From NCBI GenBank assembly GCA_977020255.1, contig CDROCS010002708.1:248001-312000 (forward strand): a stretch of DNA of 64,000 nt. Reading direction: 5' to 3'. How positions within the stretch are numbered: the first letter of the stretch is position 1; each line of letters starts with the position of its first letter. A program made the position numbers and the translations under genes. This stretch comes from Obrimoposthia wandeli. Taxonomy: Eukaryota. The notes beneath the pieces were generated by a model. The model made no database searches, was not told the DNA's origin, and worked only from the letters and a program-made list of their open reading frames with translations. Positions 62,134-64,000 of the stretch are shown here, piece after piece.

Positions 62134-63364
62134 TACCCGGACGATATTGTATGATATTTTTATATGTGTGTATATATTTTTACTAACCGTTTCTCTCTCT
62201 CCTTTGTGATTTTAATATGTTTAAAAAGTATTAGTATTTAATCTTAATTTAGAAATGATAAAACACTTGATTAGTAATAACATAAAGTTGCAAGTTTTTA
62301 CAATATAGAAGCAGTACGTGGCCGTCTTTGTTACACACACACGAACATTTAAATATATTTGTCAAATTTTATAATACTTATTTTTATGAATAGATAGTTT
62401 TATGAAATTTAATTAAATTTAGGAAATTTGATAATACTTATAAGTAGATATTTTAATTAAATTTAGTTTAATTTTATAAGTAGATAGTACGTTTAGCTAC
62501 TTTTAATAGTAAGTAGATAAATTTAAAAAATTAATTTTATATATGACATTTAAAATTAATTTTCTATATCCCATCCCTGTTTTATGTAGCCATAATGAGG
62601 ACTTTGGGTTCGTTCTCATGTGTGTGCGTGTGTTTGAGGACCTCATCGCCAGTTGTCATTTGGTATGATGAATGGCTTGCCATTTGATAACCAGCCAATG
62701 AAGCCCGGGATCTCTTCTACTTCTAGAGCCTCCCGGAGCATCAAGCCCTCAGCGAGATAGTACTTTTCAGCTAGTGTGCACTTGCTTTCCATTAATTCGT
62801 TTAGTAATATTTGGCGTGTCTCTTCTATTTTTCAAAATAATGAATTGAAACTAAAATATTTATCTTATATACTCCTGGATTAATTAATTGTATTGATGCA
62901 GTAAAACAAATTATCTATTAATTAACAATGGATAATATAAAATTTCGAATTAAATAAAATAAACATGATATATAATAACCTAGATATGACCTAATCATAT
63001 TTATATTATACTTCATTTATTTAAATGACTTTTCTTTAAATAATCTAATTATTAAATTGATGTCTTTGTGATGAATAGTTCCTTTGTTACACACATTTTG
63101 TTTAAATAATCTAATTATGAAATGGATGTATTTAAATGAAACGTATCTATGATGTCTTTATAATGAATAATTCCTTTGTTACACACATAGAAATAACCTA
63201 GATGTAGTATACACACGTATGCGAGTTGAGGGAGTACACACACATATAAGTTAAGCTTGAAGGAGAACATATACACACACGAGATACATTTTGGTGAAAA
63301 CCGCATGTTCATACAACCTTTAGATAAAAAGATATATGGTTTTAAAGTATGTTACTAAAAATAG

Positions 63365-63674
63365 AATATGAGTCATCGATTAGTCATAGAATGTGTCATC
63401 GATGAGTCATACCCCGTGCGAGAGTGAGTCATATCTTTGTCCTGAAAGATGCACATCCCATTATCTCATGTGACCTTGACATACTTTTTGACCTCATGAT
63501 GACCTTAACTTGTCCTCATACCCCCATCCGGTGAGGGTTTTGTTCCCTGAGGTTTCCCATACACCTACTTATAAGCTCTCACTTTTTTTCATTTCAATCT
63601 CTGATTTTTGAAATATTTAATATGGTAAGAAAATTATATTTTTTTATTCTTCATTAATTTTTAAAATTTTTCAG
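63365..63674 (+). promoter_or_regulatory. Promoter-like block: clustered TGAGTCA and TGACCT motifs, TATA-like box, then a 50-nt GT-AG intron
   Basis: TGAGTCA three times plus variants at 63369-63432, TGACCT three times at about 63470-63506, TATAAG at about 63570, GTAAGA donor at 63625 and tttttcAG acceptor at 63674. Confidence 0.35.
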
Positions 63675-64000
63675 AATATTTGCTTCTTGTTTCCTGCATG
63701 CTGAGCTATTTCGGTTCCACGTGGAGAAGAATCCTGTCATACGACAATACTGCTTACTATCAGGCAAAGTCTTATGGGCAGGTGTGTCTGCAGAACTATG
63801 GATGAAAAGGAGTATCCGGTCTTCTTTGCAGTACATTGGGCTCACTTGTCCTGCTTCATAGCCAACAACAGGAAGAAGTGCATCGTCCTATTGATGCGCA
63901 ATTAACTGATTGGTCTAGCTCTAATTTCAGCCGCAGCGGTTGTCTTGCAGCCTATTCATGATCTTGAAATTATTCCATCCCTCGTCTTTTGGAATTCTGC

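Overview
AT-rich animal genomic DNA read with the standard genetic code. Exons are GC-richer and introns are either tiny (about 34-50 nt) or kb-long and filled with TE debris. The species cannot be determined from the sequence. Host genes: the last four coding exons of a tektin-3-like gene (+, 601-12636, one GC-AG intron); an unidentified gene with seven phase-consistent exons (-, 15194-19065, possibly SHOC1/Zip2-like); and a complete 7-exon NDUFA10 (-, 41862-51783). The rest is dominated by Polinton/Maverick (adintovirus-like) material in three places. (1) A decayed element in the tektin intron with pPolB, ankyrin-like cargo, integrase-chromodomain, penton, major capsid and adenain remnants. 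(2) A young, entirely non-coding 14,152-bp element (26596-40747) with AGTAG...CTACT ends, a perfect 6-bp TSD (GTAGGG), about 1.3-kb near-identical TIRs that start with about 250-nt hairpins, and an interior made of two satellite arrays. It splits a LINE reverse-transcriptase frame exactly at the TSD. (3) A decayed virion-module cluster (57.6-62.1 kb) with packaging ATPase, capsid, protease and exonuclease remnants, next to a TBP-like gene, a pseudo-dual-specificity phosphatase and genes with 34-37-nt spliceosomal introns. Remnants of LINE, MULE, pogo/Tigger, hAT, piggyBac, Ty3/Gypsy and MITEs fill the gaps. All protein assignments come from manual translation and motif recall, not database searches. 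Boundaries of degraded remnants are approximate.
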